From positions 43,657,922 to 43,721,921 of the forward strand of contig JAUZTB010000076.1 in assembly GCA_034780895.1 (NCBI GenBank): a stretch of DNA of 64,000 nt, read 5' to 3'. Shown here piece after piece: positions 12,307 to 25,389 of this stretch. This DNA is from Rhynchobatus australiae. Lineage: Eukaryota. The translations under genes were made by a program, and so were the position numbers. The notes below the pieces were generated by a model, which was not told where the DNA came from, did no database searches, and was given only the letters and a program-made list of their open reading frames with translations. Position 1 is the stretch's first letter, and each line of letters begins with the position of its first letter.

Positions 12307-13174
12307 CTGAAGCAAAAATATTCAAAAAATTAACCAATGATAAACCCTTTATTTTATCTCATTGTTTTGGTTACTGAATTTCAGTTGCTGTTCACTAATG
12401 ATCAAAATAAAGCCCTAATTTTTCAAGATTAATCTTTCCCCTCTACAGGCCACTACCTAATTGATCCTCCTTCAGTGCGAAAAGAAGGGTAGCCTAGGCC
12501 AGTGGGTACTCATGCTTTGGCCGAGTTCCAATGTCTTGCTCTAGATCTGCTCTAAGGGTTCCTGCACTGCCCTGAATCACAAGATGTTTCTGAACTTGTG
12601 CAACGTGGTGAGCATTTCGACTTGCTGTGGGACGAGTGCACTCAAATATATAATCCACTCTCAATGTGTGCACCAGCCAATCATGGCAACCCAACCATCC
12701 ACCCAGAAAAAAATCAGGGACTGCTCCATGTCAGCCCACAAATAATAAAACACACTGGGAATGCCGAATGGCACATGGAGCATTGGTCTTGCAGTGGCCA
12801 ATGAAGGAAGGAGAAATGGGGCATATTGTGAGTAAAATTCTTCCAAACTTCTGCAGAACCAGTAAAGGTGCCCCACAATCAGTTGCCAAAAACATAAATA
12901 GCTCTGAATAATCAAATAATATTTTTCTCCAACAAATCACAGCGCAACATTATCTGACTATGCTGTAATTCAGAATTATTGTGAAGCTCCTATGTATTGA
13001 TTAATACAACTCCAATGTAACAGTTTTGATTTTACTACATTAATAGAAGGACAGAATTCTTTTCAAAGGCCAAACTAAAATCTTAATGTGGCAATAAAAG
13101 TGATCGTCCCCATTGCTGGAATTTTTAACCCTCCTATATCAACCCTCTTTATCATCCCTGAATTTAATCAATCC

Positions 13175-13430
13175 AAATTTGGTAGCTGTGTCTGAAACTG
13201 CCGACCCCCTGAGTTTGTAATTCCCTCTCATCACATCTCTGACTCTTTACTTCTTCATCAACTTTAAAACCTCCCTCCTCGACCAACCTTTTGGTCACAG
13301 GTGTGATAGGCCAAATGGTGGCTTCCTGACATGCAACAATTTCATGATTACTTTGAGGTTAATGCTCCTGTGAGGCACTGAAGTATGTTTTGCTACATCA
13401 AAGGGGCTATATAAATGGAAATTGTTGTGT
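13175..13430 (+). mobile_element. L2-type 3' end fragment
   Basis: aaaacctccctcctcgaccaaccttttggtcac ... aaggggctatataaatggaaattgttgt. Confidence 0.55.
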
Positions 13431-13614
13431 GTTTTTAGTGTGAACTTCCAATTGAACAAATGATTATCTTGTTTTACTAGAGTAATGACCTATGTGAGCT
13501 CCAAAAGAAAAAAAGGGAGCACAGTCAGTCAAGCAATTTCAATCCAATTTATTGTCATTGTCCTTCTGTATAGATCGGCTGAGAAGTTGGTGGATGTTTG
13601 AGATGTGTTTATAG

Positions 13615-13960
13615 CTTTTCAGTTCTGAGAAGAGACTGGATTGGCTGGGTTTGTTTATCTTGGAGCAGAGCAGGCTGAAGAAGGACCTGAGACTTTTCTC
13701 CATACCAGAGGCATCTAAGACCAGGGGACATATGTTTACAAGGGATCTGAGGGAGAACCTTTTCACCCAGAAGGCAGCTGGAATCTGGAACACACTGCCT
13801 GAGTTTGGGTGGGTGGGGGAGGTAACATTTAACAAGTAGCTAGATGAGCACTTGAAACAGCCAAGGCACAGTAAGTTACAGACCAAGTGCTGGTAAAGTT
13901 AATAGTTGGCATGGGCATAGTGGGCTGAGGGCCTGTGACCGTGCTGTACGATTCTATGAC
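13615..13960 (+). mobile_element. CR1 LINE 3' fragment
   Basis: LFILEQSRLK...ENLFTQKAAGIWNTLP; tail gggcctgtgaccgtgctgtacgattctatgac. Confidence 0.85.
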
Positions 13961-14096
13961 TTGATAAATTATAAATGATTATTTCATAATAAAACAGTCA
14001 ACATCATTTAATTTTTTTCAGGGGCAAATTCACTTAAAACATTCTACTGGACGACTTTATGAATGACTGCTTTTCATGATAATGAGGTGCAATCAC

Positions 14097-14253
14097 CTGT
14101 ACATATTTTGATTCTGATCAGTGTTGAGTAGGCGTCCATTCTTCTTCCAGCTGACTGTAGGCTTTGGGATACCAGAAGCTTCACAAGCCAGAGTGGTCTG
14201 CACATTGACTAGAACAGTGATATTGTTGAGGCCAGGAGCAATGGATGGAGGAA
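14097..14253 (-). CDS. HMCN1: HMCN1 exon w28 (157 bp): (V)PPSIAPGLNNITVLVNVQTTLACEASGIPKPTVSWKKNGRLLNTDQNQNMY(R)
   Basis: ttccag acceptor, gtgatt donor, phase 1-2. Confidence 0.94.
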
Positions 14254-14559
14254 CTGGAAGAGATCAGGGAAAACTGACTTGGACAAAAAGAACTGTGAAC
14301 TTTATTGAATGCTTAAATGGAACTGTGTGGCTCAGTTGCACGGATAGATAACAATATGTGTGGGCTGCTAGGTTCTGATAACTGATCATTCATGAACAAT
14401 AGGATCATAATTTAACATGCACGGTACATCCTTATTTACCCATGTATTGAAAGTGAATATGACATATTAAACACCATATTTTCTGCTACTTATGAGCCTC
14501 TTTGGTTGCATCGATAATATGAGAAGGCAATTAACTAAGGACACATTATATGGTGTACA

Positions 14560-14648
14560 AAATAAAAACAGAAAATGCTAGTGAAGCAACATTTGTGGAG
14601 AAAGAAACAGAGATAGCCCTTCAGCTCAGTGACTTTTCATCAGAACAG
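14560..14648 (-). mobile_element. Penelope-type terminal module, solo and degenerate
   Basis: aataaaaacagaaaatgc...gacttttcatcagaac is the reverse complement of the module at 49209 and 60223. Confidence 0.65.
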
Positions 14649-15298
14649 TGTATAATGTAATCCAGAAAAATGAAGCATTGTTCATAAACAGATCTGAAGT
14701 ATCTGATGCACAAAAATCAAACTTAACTAAAAGTGTGGATGATAAGGATTGTATTGCAATTAATGGGACCTGTAAAACCCATACTATTCAAGGCAGTAGA
14801 GTATATTTGCTCATGTGAAAAATTCTTTTCCACGTTTTAATTATTTACAGTTACTTGGAAAGTGGCAAATATCTTAAAATTCCTCATGCTGTTCTAGTAC
14901 AAAATATAGAAGTTGGTTAACTATATTTTGCTCAGTCCTGTGAGAGCTAAAATGTGGTATTGAGATGGTTGGTCAACCATGACTGTAACAAATGGTGGTG
15001 TGGTCTCCAGGGGTTGAATGGCTGACTCCTGCTCCTATTTTTAATGTTTCTATGTTAATCTAGAAGCAGACGGAGCTGAAATAAAAAGTGTTCTGGATGG
15101 GATTCTGGTCTGGATTATAAATGTGATTTTACAATGAAGACATTAAGAGCTGATTCAACAGCAAAAGAAGCAGACTTCTATTTTGAAAACAGAAACTCCC
15201 TGTGCATAGGTTTGGGAATTTCAAGACCATTCGCAGCAAAGCCAATAGGATCCAAGATGTAAACAATAATTTATGCCTCTGATTTGAAATGCAGTTAC

Positions 15299-15426
15299 CA
15301 TATATTTGTACATCAATTCTCCTGCGAGCTGTTCCAGCTGCGTTGGTTGCCATACACAGATAACGACCTGTATCTGTTACTAGAGCTGAGCCAATATGCA
15401 ATGAACCATCCTCTGAGAAAGAATAC
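15299..15426 (-). CDS. HMCN1: HMCN1 exon w27 (128 bp): (R)YSFSEDGSLHIGSALVTDTGRYLCMATNAAGTARRRIDVQIY
   Basis: aaccag acceptor, gtaact donor, phase 2-1. Confidence 0.93.
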
Positions 15427-15774
15427 CTGGTTAGAAAAAAGAAACAGGTATTGTGTCTAATTAGGGCTTCTTTTTTGTCTTTTCATTAGTACTTCTGTTT
15501 TATGTACTTCTCAATTGCAGCAGCAACACTGTGCATTTTCTCAATAACATTTTGCAAAACTCACGATCCCACATGAGGTCTTGCCCAATAGCTGTTGTCC
15601 AGATAGATGCACAAATGACTGACAGGATGCAGACTTCAACTTGTGGTTTCAACACAATATGGGCATTTGCTAACCGGAGGTCATGCACTTCCCAGATGCT
15701 CCAATACATCAAATCCTGTTGTTTGCTTTAAGTAGAGGCAATGGGTTGTGGATGGTGGGAACATGGTTGTGCCA

Positions 15775-16917
15775 TTCAAACTGGCGATCCAGAAGTCTTA
15801 ACTATTAATTCAGGACAGGCAGGTTCAAATCCCACCACAGTGGTTTGAGAATTTGAGAATTTAAGTTGTATTTTTCACAAATTTGGAGAAGGTTCACTGT
15901 CATTAAAAGCACTACAGTTGTTACTAAAACCTAACTAGTTTGGCCACATTCTTTCAGAAAGTAATTATGCTACCTTATGTGGTCTGGCCTTTATGTGATT
16001 CTGTTGGCCAAGATCTGCAGAGTGAACAGAGCAGGCTGTGAACTGAGGTAACCTGAGCCCAGCAAATGGCTTGAGCTGACTGGAACTGGTTTAAATTGGC
16101 CTGACTCTGGGAGAAACAAGTGACATAAGGCACAAATTCTTATCTGGTGGAAGAGCAATGAGGCAATGCTGCCTGTAGCCTTGGGCCAGATCCAATGGAA
16201 GGTTGACACAGGCTAACTAGATAAACCAGAACCAACAAAATTGAAACACAACAGTTTAAATTGATAAAAGAGGATAAGAATGGAGGATTTCGGGTATAGA
16301 CGCAGCAAAAACTTTGGGGACCAACCATCAAAGAAGTGGATGAACCCATATTGGAAACGTGGTGATTACATGGGGGACTGAGGGATACCGGGGCAGCATG
16401 AACTCCATTTCCCGGGTATTAGCCTTTATATTCTGTGACTATTCAGTGAGTGTCACAGAAACATAGTGGGTGTGCACAGAGACATTTAGTTTTGCATTAA
16501 TTGCATTCTTGCNNNNNNNNNNNNNNNNNNNNNNNNNNNNNNNNNNNNNNNNNNNNNNNNNNNNNNNNNNNNNNNNNNNNNNNNNNNNNNNNNNNNNNNN
16601 NNNNNNNNNNNNTTTTGCATTAATTGCATTCTTGCTTTTAACCAATTGCATGTCTGTTCTTAACTGAACCAATAAAGGTAATTGTTAGTTAATACAGATT
16701 CTCTTTGTGCCTAACCCATCACTGTTGTTGAGGGTGGAAACCGGCAACAATTCCACACCCTCACCAATGTGGTTGACACTTTGCAGTAGGTTGTACAAAA
16801 CAGCCACAAAGATTGTGGTTGCACTAAGTGGATTGCTGTGATTCAAAGAAGGTTGCCTTGCATCATATTCTCTGGACAGCTAGGAATGGTGAATAAGTAC
16901 TGGTCTTGCCAGCAGTT
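15775..16917 (+). mobile_element. Old tRNA-head SINE interrupted by a solo LTR
   Basis: B-box ggttcaaatcccaccac; body ...ggtctggcctttatgtgattc resumes as cacaccctcaccaatgtggttgac after the LTR; tail resembles 57000-57085. Confidence 0.6.
16002..16749 (+). mobile_element. Solo LTR (Gypsy or ERV-like) with 4-bp target-site duplication ATTC
   Basis: TGTTG...CAACA termini; ATTC at 15998-16001 and 16750-16753; AATAAA at 16671; host SINE continues across the insertion. Confidence 0.78.
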
Positions 16918-17387
16918 NNNNNNNNNNCTTGTGACTGTAAAAATGCTTTTTAATTAAAAGCTTCTGTTAAAATACTGGAGATGGGAATGGCATACACACC
17001 AAACATTTGTCTGACATTAATGACTGTAATCCTCACAGGATCAATAATTCTGTTTTAATAGGATCTGTGTGGATAGGGTTAATTTGGCTCTTAATAATCC
17101 TTCCTCTGGAGAGAGACAGGAAACAGAACTGCACTCTATTTGATCAGCACCATCCAGGCAAGGCCATGAACAGAGGCCACAAGACAAAATAACTAACCTA
17201 CCAAGGCTGGCTCACAGGAAAAAGTTGTCAGGCAAATGTGTCCTGGGCTGCATTATTATTTAATAGATTTACTGAAGGAGGTAAAAACAGACACTGAAAC
17301 TGTAAAAAGTGTGCTCAGTATTTCTCAGGTAAACCATTTCCCACCACAGAAAAAAATCAAATAGTACACAAAAAAATGGTTCCTGAC

Positions 17388-17529
17388 CTCAGGTTGCTTG
17401 CTGAAAGAATGGCACCATCCTTTCTCCAGGTAACTTGAGGAGGTGGTACCCCACTCACGACACATTTGAGTACTGCTGGTTGGTTCACATGGGCAGTCAC
17501 CGCCTGTGGACCTTCGATCATTGGGGCAA
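17388..17529 (-). CDS. HMCN1: HMCN1 exon w26 (142 bp): (V)APMIEGPQAVTAHVNQPAVLKCVVSGVPPPQVTWRKDGAILSASNL(R)
   Basis: atgcag acceptor, gtcagg donor, phase 1-2. Confidence 0.91.
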
Positions 17530-18089
17530 CTGCATGTTAAAAGCAACAGAGCATCAGTACCAGTTTAGCATGTTTAAAGCTACATTTGTAAAGAATTTTT
17601 TTTTATAAATCACCTTTTGAAAATTAAGTACCTTCCATTCATAGCAGATATTGTATAAAACAGAGTCCCTGCACCTTTACAATTTATTTTAACTCTTCAC
17701 GCACATAAGTTATTCGATTTTACAATTCAGGAAGTAAAGCCAAATGGGTCTCAGCATTGTAATTATGGTGGGAGCCCCCTCTGCATAATTCATCTTGAGA
17801 AATAACATCTATAAAACTTTGCACAGACCACCTGGAAATTCTCAAAATGCTGTTTTAGCACTGCAAACCTTAAATAATGACTCTTGGATTCTGATGACAC
17901 AGTAATTTAATTTCTTGGTGAGCTAAATCTCAAGTCTGTAATCTTATTGTTCCTACGATCGTGGCATCAGTTCAAAATTCAAATATTAGTTGAATTTCAT
18001 AATTCCATCCATTTCTCCCATGATTACGGATTGTGCTAATCACGGTTGTATTGTAGGAAGGTGGGAAGGATTTAAACGCATATACTCAC

Positions 18090-18231
18090 CATTTACTGCT
18101 ACAGTGAACTCTCTTGTCATTTTCCCTGCAATGTTGCTTGCTACACAGATGTATTGAGCTGCATCCCCAAGCTCTGCATTATTAATCTGAAGATATCTTC
18201 CACTGGACAGGATACGTATACGAGGAGTGGC
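18090..18231 (-). CDS. HMCN1: HMCN1 exon w25 (142 bp): ATPRIRILSSGRYLQINNAELGDAAQYICVASNIAGKMTREFTVAVN
   Basis: ctgcag acceptor, gtgagt donor, phase 0-1. Confidence 0.94.
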
Positions 18232-18681
18232 CTGCAGATTTAAGTAATGAAGCATAAACTTCACAGCTGTTATGTCAAGGAATACCAGCAATAGCACAGA
18301 GACTTGAAGTGATAGGTAGAAGCCAGGCACTTGGGCTGTTCAGAATTCTAATTACTGTCTCAACTTGAGACAGAATTGAAGTAACTGCTTCTGCCACAGA
18401 CCACAGTTGGCCCTGTTAAGTCTGGTTTTGAGGAATCCTTTTGTTACTTATCTCATTGCTTATGTGATTTTTCTTACAAACGGATTTGCTTATGGCATTT
18501 GCTACATGCAACAATCACTGCACCAAAAAAAAATCATAGTATGCAAGGACCTATCAGATATCCAAAAACCTAAGTTTGTCTCCCTCTTCTAATGGAGCCA
18601 TATACCCAAATTTTGTGTTATTGGCTATATTGTATTTATAACATTTGTATATTGTGTCATATATCCAAATTTGGCTCCTAC

Positions 18682-18818
18682 CTTTAATGGTTTGCCATCC
18701 TTTAGCCAGGAGAGTGTTGGAGGTGGTACAGCATCAGATTTGCACTCCAGGATTACCTGTCCATTCCTGAGCACTGCCATATCCTGTGGTCCACTTTGAC
18801 CAGCAATGTTTGGTGGAA
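18682..18818 (-). CDS. HMCN1: HMCN1 exon w24 (137 bp): (V)PPNIAGQSGPQDMAVLRNGQVILECKSDAVPPPTLSWLKDGKPLK
   Basis: atgcag acceptor, gtagga donor, phase 1-0. Confidence 0.93.
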
Positions 18819-19464
18819 CTGCATCAGAAGTACAACAACAACTTAAGTAAATCTAAACAACAATGTCTAAATAAGTTCCTCCCTACTCATAGAAATAGAA
18901 TCTGCTTCAGTTTTTTGTAAAATGCTAGGGTTATTACATAAACTCGGATGTTATCAGCATAATGATTTCACAATTGACTTTTCCAGCTTGTATTCCATAG
19001 AAACCTGAGCTTCTAGTCCACAGAGAAATAAAAATAGTTCAGCTTAGAGTCTTGCTACACTCAGGGCTGTGCCTCATTCCTGTGAGATCTCCAACTTAGT
19101 CAAACGTTGGAACATCGCTCGATAGCCCAGTTCCCAAACAGTAGAGTTCCCCAGAATCTGCTTTACTCTACCAACATATTCAATTTATCTACGTAATTTT
19201 CCTTTAGAACTTTGTAAGAAAACAAAGCAGTGACCACAAAAAAATATATAAATATAGAGGGGGATCAATACTCAATTCAGCAATAGTGACAAATGATTTT
19301 TTTTGCAGGAAATTCCTTCTTTTCCCTCATTTGTGGGCAATATAACAAGTAGTCATATCAAGAATCTAACTATGCCAGGTACATCTATACACATCTGTTT
19401 TTATCTACAATGTGTTTATCAGCTTTAGAAATAAGAACTATAACAAATAAAAAATATTATAATA

Positions 19465-19650
19465 CTCAGAGGAAGTGGTAGACACGGGTACAATTACAAC
19501 ACTTAAAAGACATTTGAACAGATACATGGGTAGGAAAGCTTCAGAGGGATATAGGACAAGTGCAGGCAAACGGGACTGGTTCAGACAGGCAACTTGGTCA
19601 GCACGGATGAGTTGGGCTGAAGGGCCTGTTTCCGTGCTGTACAACTCTAG
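19465..19650 (+). mobile_element. CR1 LINE 3' end, relatively well preserved
   Basis: TITTLKRHLNRYM; tail gggctgaagggcctgtttccgtgctgtacaactcta. Confidence 0.88.
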
Positions 19651-20280
19651 CACTAATTTAGACTGGATGGCCATGTACTTGATACTTCTTTACATTACAA
19701 TGCTGGTGAAGGTAACAGTTCAACCTCTAGCAGAATGGAAACTAGTTCTCAGATTTCTTCAAAGGCATGAGTCAGATGAGGGACCGGCCCATCTGTACTG
19801 GCAAACAGTGCAGCTTTCTTGTCACCAATCTGACTTGACCTACTCCAACCTCTGGGGTAGCTCTGGAAACCAAAATTGAAAATCCTGATGATTTTTGATG
19901 TTCAAGCACCTGTGTATGGATGCAATTTGATGTGCACCATTAACTTATTTCCTTGCTGCTGGTGCTGTGAACTAAGTCCCACATCATGTTTGGCTAATGT
20001 TACAACACCAGATTCTCCAGCAAAATTTCAAGAATTACATCCATTTGGCATCGCTTTGTCAAATGAAAGGATTTTGAGATTTGTTGTGCTTGTTAAACCT
20101 GCGAACATTAAATGTCTCTGAGTTGCACTGCCTTGATGGAACTAGATCTGGTCAGATGTACAATGAAACTCAGTTGAAAGCCTTTGCCACAAGGACAGAC
20201 AATAAGCTGCATCAGTTATTCAGAATTTGCAGAGTCAGTAAACCATCTCTATGGCATGTCCATGTATTCTGTTGACTTAC

Positions 20281-20362
20281 CATGCACCCTCACCAAATAC
20301 TCTCTGTCATCATCTCCTGCTGTACTGGATGCCAGACAGGTGTATCTACCTGTATCTTGCAC
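20281..20362 (-). CDS. HMCN1: HMCN1 exon w23 (82 bp): VQDTGRYTCLASSTAGDDDREYLVRVH
   Basis: tggcag acceptor, gtaagt donor, phase 0-1. Confidence 0.93.
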
Positions 20363-21609
20363 CTGCCATAGGGGAAAAAAACACAANNNNNNNNNNNNNN
20401 NNNNNNNNNNNNNNNNNNNNNNNNNNNNNNNNNNNNNNNNNNNNNNNNNNNNNNNNNNNNNNNNNNNNNNNNNNNNNNNNNNNNNNNNNNNNNNNNNNNN
20501 NNNNNNNNNNNNNNNNNNNNNNNNNNNNNNNNNNNNNNNNNNNNNNNNNNNNNNNNNNNNNNNNNNNNNNNNNNNNNNNNNNNNNNNNNNNNNNNNNNNN
20601 NNNNNNNNNNNNNNNNNNNNNNNNNNNNNNNNNNNNNNNNNNNNNNNNNNNNNNNNNNNNNNNNNNNNNNNNNNNNNNNNNNNCTGGCCAAAAACTGATG
20701 CAGAGGTACACCAGCAATTGTACTGCATAGGTTATGCAGCACTGTACCAAAAGTATTTTCCTTTAAGAATACTGCAATAAACCAGTAAATTAACTTCACA
20801 AAACATAGATACGAGGAAAAAGAAACTTTAGCATGTAATAACCAGCCCTGATTAGTCTGAATGGACTATTTCATTGCTCGCTCATTAATTTTGAACTTGG
20901 TGATCAGACTTGAAAAGGGTTTAGTTTAACCTTTACAGGATAAATCATCAGAGAAAAGAGTGTTACATTTTGAAATTAGGAACCAGAAATCAGAGGACAT
21001 AATCCACAAAATGCAAGGATTTCTGTGGATCGATATTTATGTTGGACATGAAATGGGCACACTTACACATTTTAATCAAACTGCATGAATTTGTAAATTA
21101 CAAGTGTGGCAGTTAAAAACCAGTGATGCCAGATAAAACTGTGATTAGCAGTGTGCAAGCAGTTTGTGGGAGAAGCCTTACATTTGCCCTGGAATACTGC
21201 AAAGCCCAANNNNNNNNNNNNNNNNNNNNNNNNNNNNNNNNNNNNNNNNNNNNNNNNNNNNNNNNNNNCCCTGTATTCTGCCATAAACTGCTCAGTACCC
21301 ATGTGGTTGAGAACTGCACTCTGCAAACAGTACAGGGGGATGGGAAATCTTGTAGCCCAGATCACAAGGTTTGCAAAGTCTATAAAGCATTAGCTTGAAC
21401 TTAGGATCAATACCTGCAGCCCATGGACAGCAGTAGAGTAGGCACAGAGCATTTCCTTTTACCCCACCAGGTCCTTTACCAATGAGACTGAATATACCAA
21501 AGGGAATTACATGCAGGGAAATTGCAAGAGGGAAGAGTAGCAAGGAACTTGTTGGCCAAGTCTGGTCCAGGTTTGCGATAATGATGGATGGGAGGGGGGG
21601 AGGGGGTTG

Positions 21610-21680
21610 GGGAGATAGAGAGAAATAGATGGATGGATAGATAGATAGATACAGATAGAGAGAAATAAAGATAGAGAGTG
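21610..21680. repeat. (GATA)n/(GGAT)n-type microsatellite preceded by a G-rich run
   Basis: gatggatggatagatagatagatacagatagag. Confidence 0.85.
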
Positions 21681-22067
21681 TGAAAACCACTCCAGCCATT
21701 GGGAATATAACTCCTGCTGATGTTGCAACCCGTTGTTTGGGAAATTTTTCCAAAATACACATTTGTGTCTGAGTAACACCAGTGTATAATTGCACCCTCT
21801 TTTAGGCCCTTCAAAAATATTTAAAAAGTAACTAATACACTGGACTTTAAGAACTTAAAGGCAGACTGTTGGGATTTGTTAGTTTTAATTCCACAATGGT
21901 GCAAATGGTAATATTATCTCCTTGTGAACTTGAAAATATTTGATAACACCTTATTTAATTAGAGTGATTGTAGATCATTTAATTCCGGGCTACATTTTCC
22001 CATGGTAATAATTACAGGTGAAAAATTACAGAAATAGAGTCAATTTGAATAGGGGATTGCACCACAC

Positions 22068-22264
22068 CTGAGCATTCTCTATTCTCAACACTTCGCCACC
22101 ATGAAGAACGTGAATGGTGTCTGTCTGAGGCAGTGGCCGTCCATCCTTAATCCAGGTCAGTTTAGGAGATGGGATGCCAGTGGCAACACAGTGAAGTTCT
22201 AAGGGATTGTTCACCACCACAGAGGTCTCCTCTGCAATATCAGAGCCATTGATACGAGGTGGAT
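22068..22264 (-). CDS. HMCN1: HMCN1 exon w22 (197 bp): (D)PPRINGSDIAEETSVVVNNPLELHCVATGIPSPKLTWIKDGRPLPQTDTIHVLHGGEVLRIENAQ
   Basis: ttgcag acceptor, gtgtgg donor, phase 1-0. Confidence 0.93.
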
Positions 22265-22722
22265 CTGCAATATGTCAAAAAATAAAACTTAGATTTTTCT
22301 TTTAAGTTCCGTACATGAGTGAAGCAAGTGAGCCAAAAGAAGGTAAATGCATGGGAAATAAGTCTCTGAGCCAAGTAAGGTAAAAATTCAAAACAGATAA
22401 TAAAAATAACTAATATGTTTTTGACTTGAAAATTCTTTCACTCTGTTGGCCAGTTACTCTTCAATGTGCTGACCTACTTCTGTCACTCTCTTTGGGCTGG
22501 CTTTAGCATTAAAATTTACCATTCCATACTTCCGTAGCTGCTACAATGCCAACTATCATGATATACCTGTGAACTCTGGCCCTGGGGATTTTTCTGTGGA
22601 NNNNNNNNNNGAAGTCTCTCTGCCGAGAAGATGGCTGCCTCCATCGATTGCCCATGGTCAATGACAAGACGTATTTACCAGTGTTTTCCTCCATTCTCAA
22701 TGGTGTGTAATGTTTGACTTAC

Positions 22723-23001
22723 CAAGCACTTTCAAACTGAAGTGTTTGCTGACCTCCCCAGCTTCATTGGCTGCCACACAGGTGTACTTTCCACTGTCCT
22801 TCACCTCAGCTGCAGAAATCTGCAGCGACATTCCCTGGTTTCCGACCGTCATGTGAGGGCCCAGTTTGAGAGGCTGTGTTTCTTTCAGCCAGGCTAACGT
22901 CGGAGTTGGTGTTCCATCGGTGATACACGTCAGGGATGCTGGATTTCCCTTCACTATTGTGAGGTCATCGGTGCCACCAGCACCATCCAGCCTCGGAGGG
23001 A
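22723..23001 (-). CDS. HMCN1: HMCN1 exon w21 (279 bp), a whole Ig domain: (V)PPRLDGAGGTDDLTIVKGNPASLTC...DSGKYTCVAANEAGEVSKHFSLKVL
   Basis: ccacag acceptor, gtaagt donor; within ORF 22697..23041. Confidence 0.95.
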
Positions 23002-23649
23002 CTGTGGGAGGCAAAGAAAGCAACGGAAAGTAGTGAATCATTGGACCAAACTCTGCTCATGCTGAATGTGTAGTCTGTGCAGACGTTCCCTACTTGTAAT
23101 TGCAACCATGTTCTTTATATGCATATTCACAATTACACCACTGATCAGGGGAAACTTTCCTGATATATTCCAACCTTCACACATCCTTCTGCCACAACCA
23201 CTAAATCAAGTCCAAACGCATGATAAATTCAACCCGTGAGACAAAAGATATGATCATTGTTCAATAAAATAAAATCCTAGGCAGCAGTTCCTGGGCATCC
23301 AGGTGAGCCAGGAGGTTTAGGAAGATAGGGGGTTTGGGGATTCTGACTGGAGGACCCACAGGAAGAAGAGGACTGTCAGATCATGGGACCTTTCAGCACA
23401 AGCAGAAAAATGGCTGCTAAGAAAAGCTTCAGACTGTAATTGTAGTCAATAATGCAAGAATGCTGCGTAAGTGACCTCACTGCTGCTCATCCTCACGGCA
23501 GTCTCATGTGTCAACGAAGCTGTTCAATGATACTAAACTTGCAGTGTAAACAAACTCTTTTCCACAACATGCAAGTGCAAATGCTTAGAAACCACAGCCC
23601 AAAGTGAAGATGGTGTAAAGTAATGCACGATCCCTGTTAGTAAACTCAC

Positions 23650-23747
23650 CATACACTATTAAGTTGTAATGCTTGTTGTCCACACCGGCTCTATTAGAAG
23701 CCACACAAGTGTATGTCCCATCATCCGAAACCTGTGCCCGCACAATT
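23650..23747 (-). CDS. HMCN1: HMCN1 exon w20 (98 bp): (R)IVRAQVSDDGTYTCVASNRAGVDNKHYNLIVY
   Basis: ttacag acceptor, gtgagt donor, phase 2-1. Confidence 0.93.
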
Positions 23748-25389
23748 CTGTAAAAGAGTAATAAATAGCACTGACTATGCAGCTTCATCTTGGAGTTGGG
23801 TTTGGGGGCAGTGATATCGTACAATCTTATTTGTTGTGGACACATTTCTGGCTATTCTTTACCATTGATGCTGCTGACTCAAGTGACTGTCCTAATTACT
23901 TCATGGAAGCGCCTCTGGGAATACTTGACCTTTCCTTAAGTTAACTTATTTAGCAACCTCCAGTTTAAATCAGGAAATAACAAGTGTTAAGAATTCCTTA
24001 GTCAGGATTTGAATTGATCTTAAACTTCCTGTTAAACCTTACTTTTTGGGCAATGTGGGGCCAAATATTATTCTTAACTTATATATTCAAAAATAACTAT
24101 TGAAAACCAAAAACAATATCAAAATTGCAAACTCAGATCTTTTGACGGATGGAGAGAGAGAATCACTTAAAANNNNNNNNNNNNNNNNNNNNNNNNNNNN
24201 NNNNNNNNNNNNNNNNNNNNNNNNNNNNNNNNNNNNACACCTTTACAGCATTTCCCACTTTTATTTGAAAGTCCATATTTTTATCAATTATTGTAAATGC
24301 AAAATGGCACTTCAATTGAGTGAACTGGGCCTGCCCATTACACTGGTAGCCTACCTGGTGCTGATTCATTAGAGTGCTCATGGTCCTCTGGGCTAAACAC
24401 ACATAGGTACATAACCCCTATACTTGACATTATCTTGGGCTACGTACTGCTTCATCGGGAACCTGGCACTACTCCTTGCCCTTCCCACTACTGTGCTGGA
24501 AACCTGGTGCGACTCCCTGCTTTCCACTGGCACTCCCCCAGCAATGAATCATCCCATGGGTTGATATAGTGAGGCTGCAGTGATCGACGCGGTTGCTCAG
24601 TGCTGAGACACGGGGCTCAGGGCTGCACTGGGACTGGCATGGTGAGGTGAGTGCAGGCCATTGCTGGGGACAAGCAGCTGACCATAGAGAACTCTCTGGG
24701 CTGGGGACAGCTGTGCAGCCAAACAAAGAAACGGAGATATCACATCCAGCAGGTGGTGAGAGAGATCATAGGATCTGGTGGTCTGTCAACAGATGGAGGT
24801 GATGCTGCCAGTCCTCAGCAATACTCACAGTCATCCTGCTGGTCAGGGTGTAGCCCTGTGTCCCACCTCGCAGTGTTGAGCAGCTGTACTGCTCACCTGA
24901 GCCCACCCAACACCAGTTCTCACAGCAGCCTCTCTGCACCGAGCTGTGATGGTGATTTATTGCTGGGGCAGCGCCAGGTTTTCAGTATAGAAGTACTGTC
25001 AGTAACACATCACGATGTATGATATGTAAGATCTATGATAACCCTTGATAGCTCTGATTCCAGTATTGCTCTCATTCCTGGGAATGCATCCTAAGTGTAC
25101 CATGAGGTACCAGTGTACTAAGGCCAGGAAGTAATCCCAATGCTCAATTGCTGATACTTAATGTGTCTTTATAACCTTTCTGCCTCTCAGCATCTTCAGA
25201 GTAAATTAAGAGTCAATGCACCATCTCCAATTAAAGCTTTCCTGGGATTATCTTCTTCAATCTTCTGCATGGCATGAAGCCAGATGTGGCAGAACAGGTG
25301 CCTCTGACCAGCTTCTGCACCAAATGGGCCTTGACCCCCTCAGTTTACAAATTCAATTAAAAAATAACACTGCCTTCCAGAAAACTAAC

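Noticed and set aside
21589-21612. G-quadruplex-capable run; also poly-C/G runs at 31832, 48328, 48813 and 61165
   Set aside because: Simple homopolymers or microsatellite flank with no evidence of function.
22540-22600. KIPRARVHRY on the minus strand, resembling QIPRAQV of exon w8 (possible extra exon)
   Set aside because: No DxGxYxC motif, and the flanking exons w21 and w22 already join in phase. Most likely chance.
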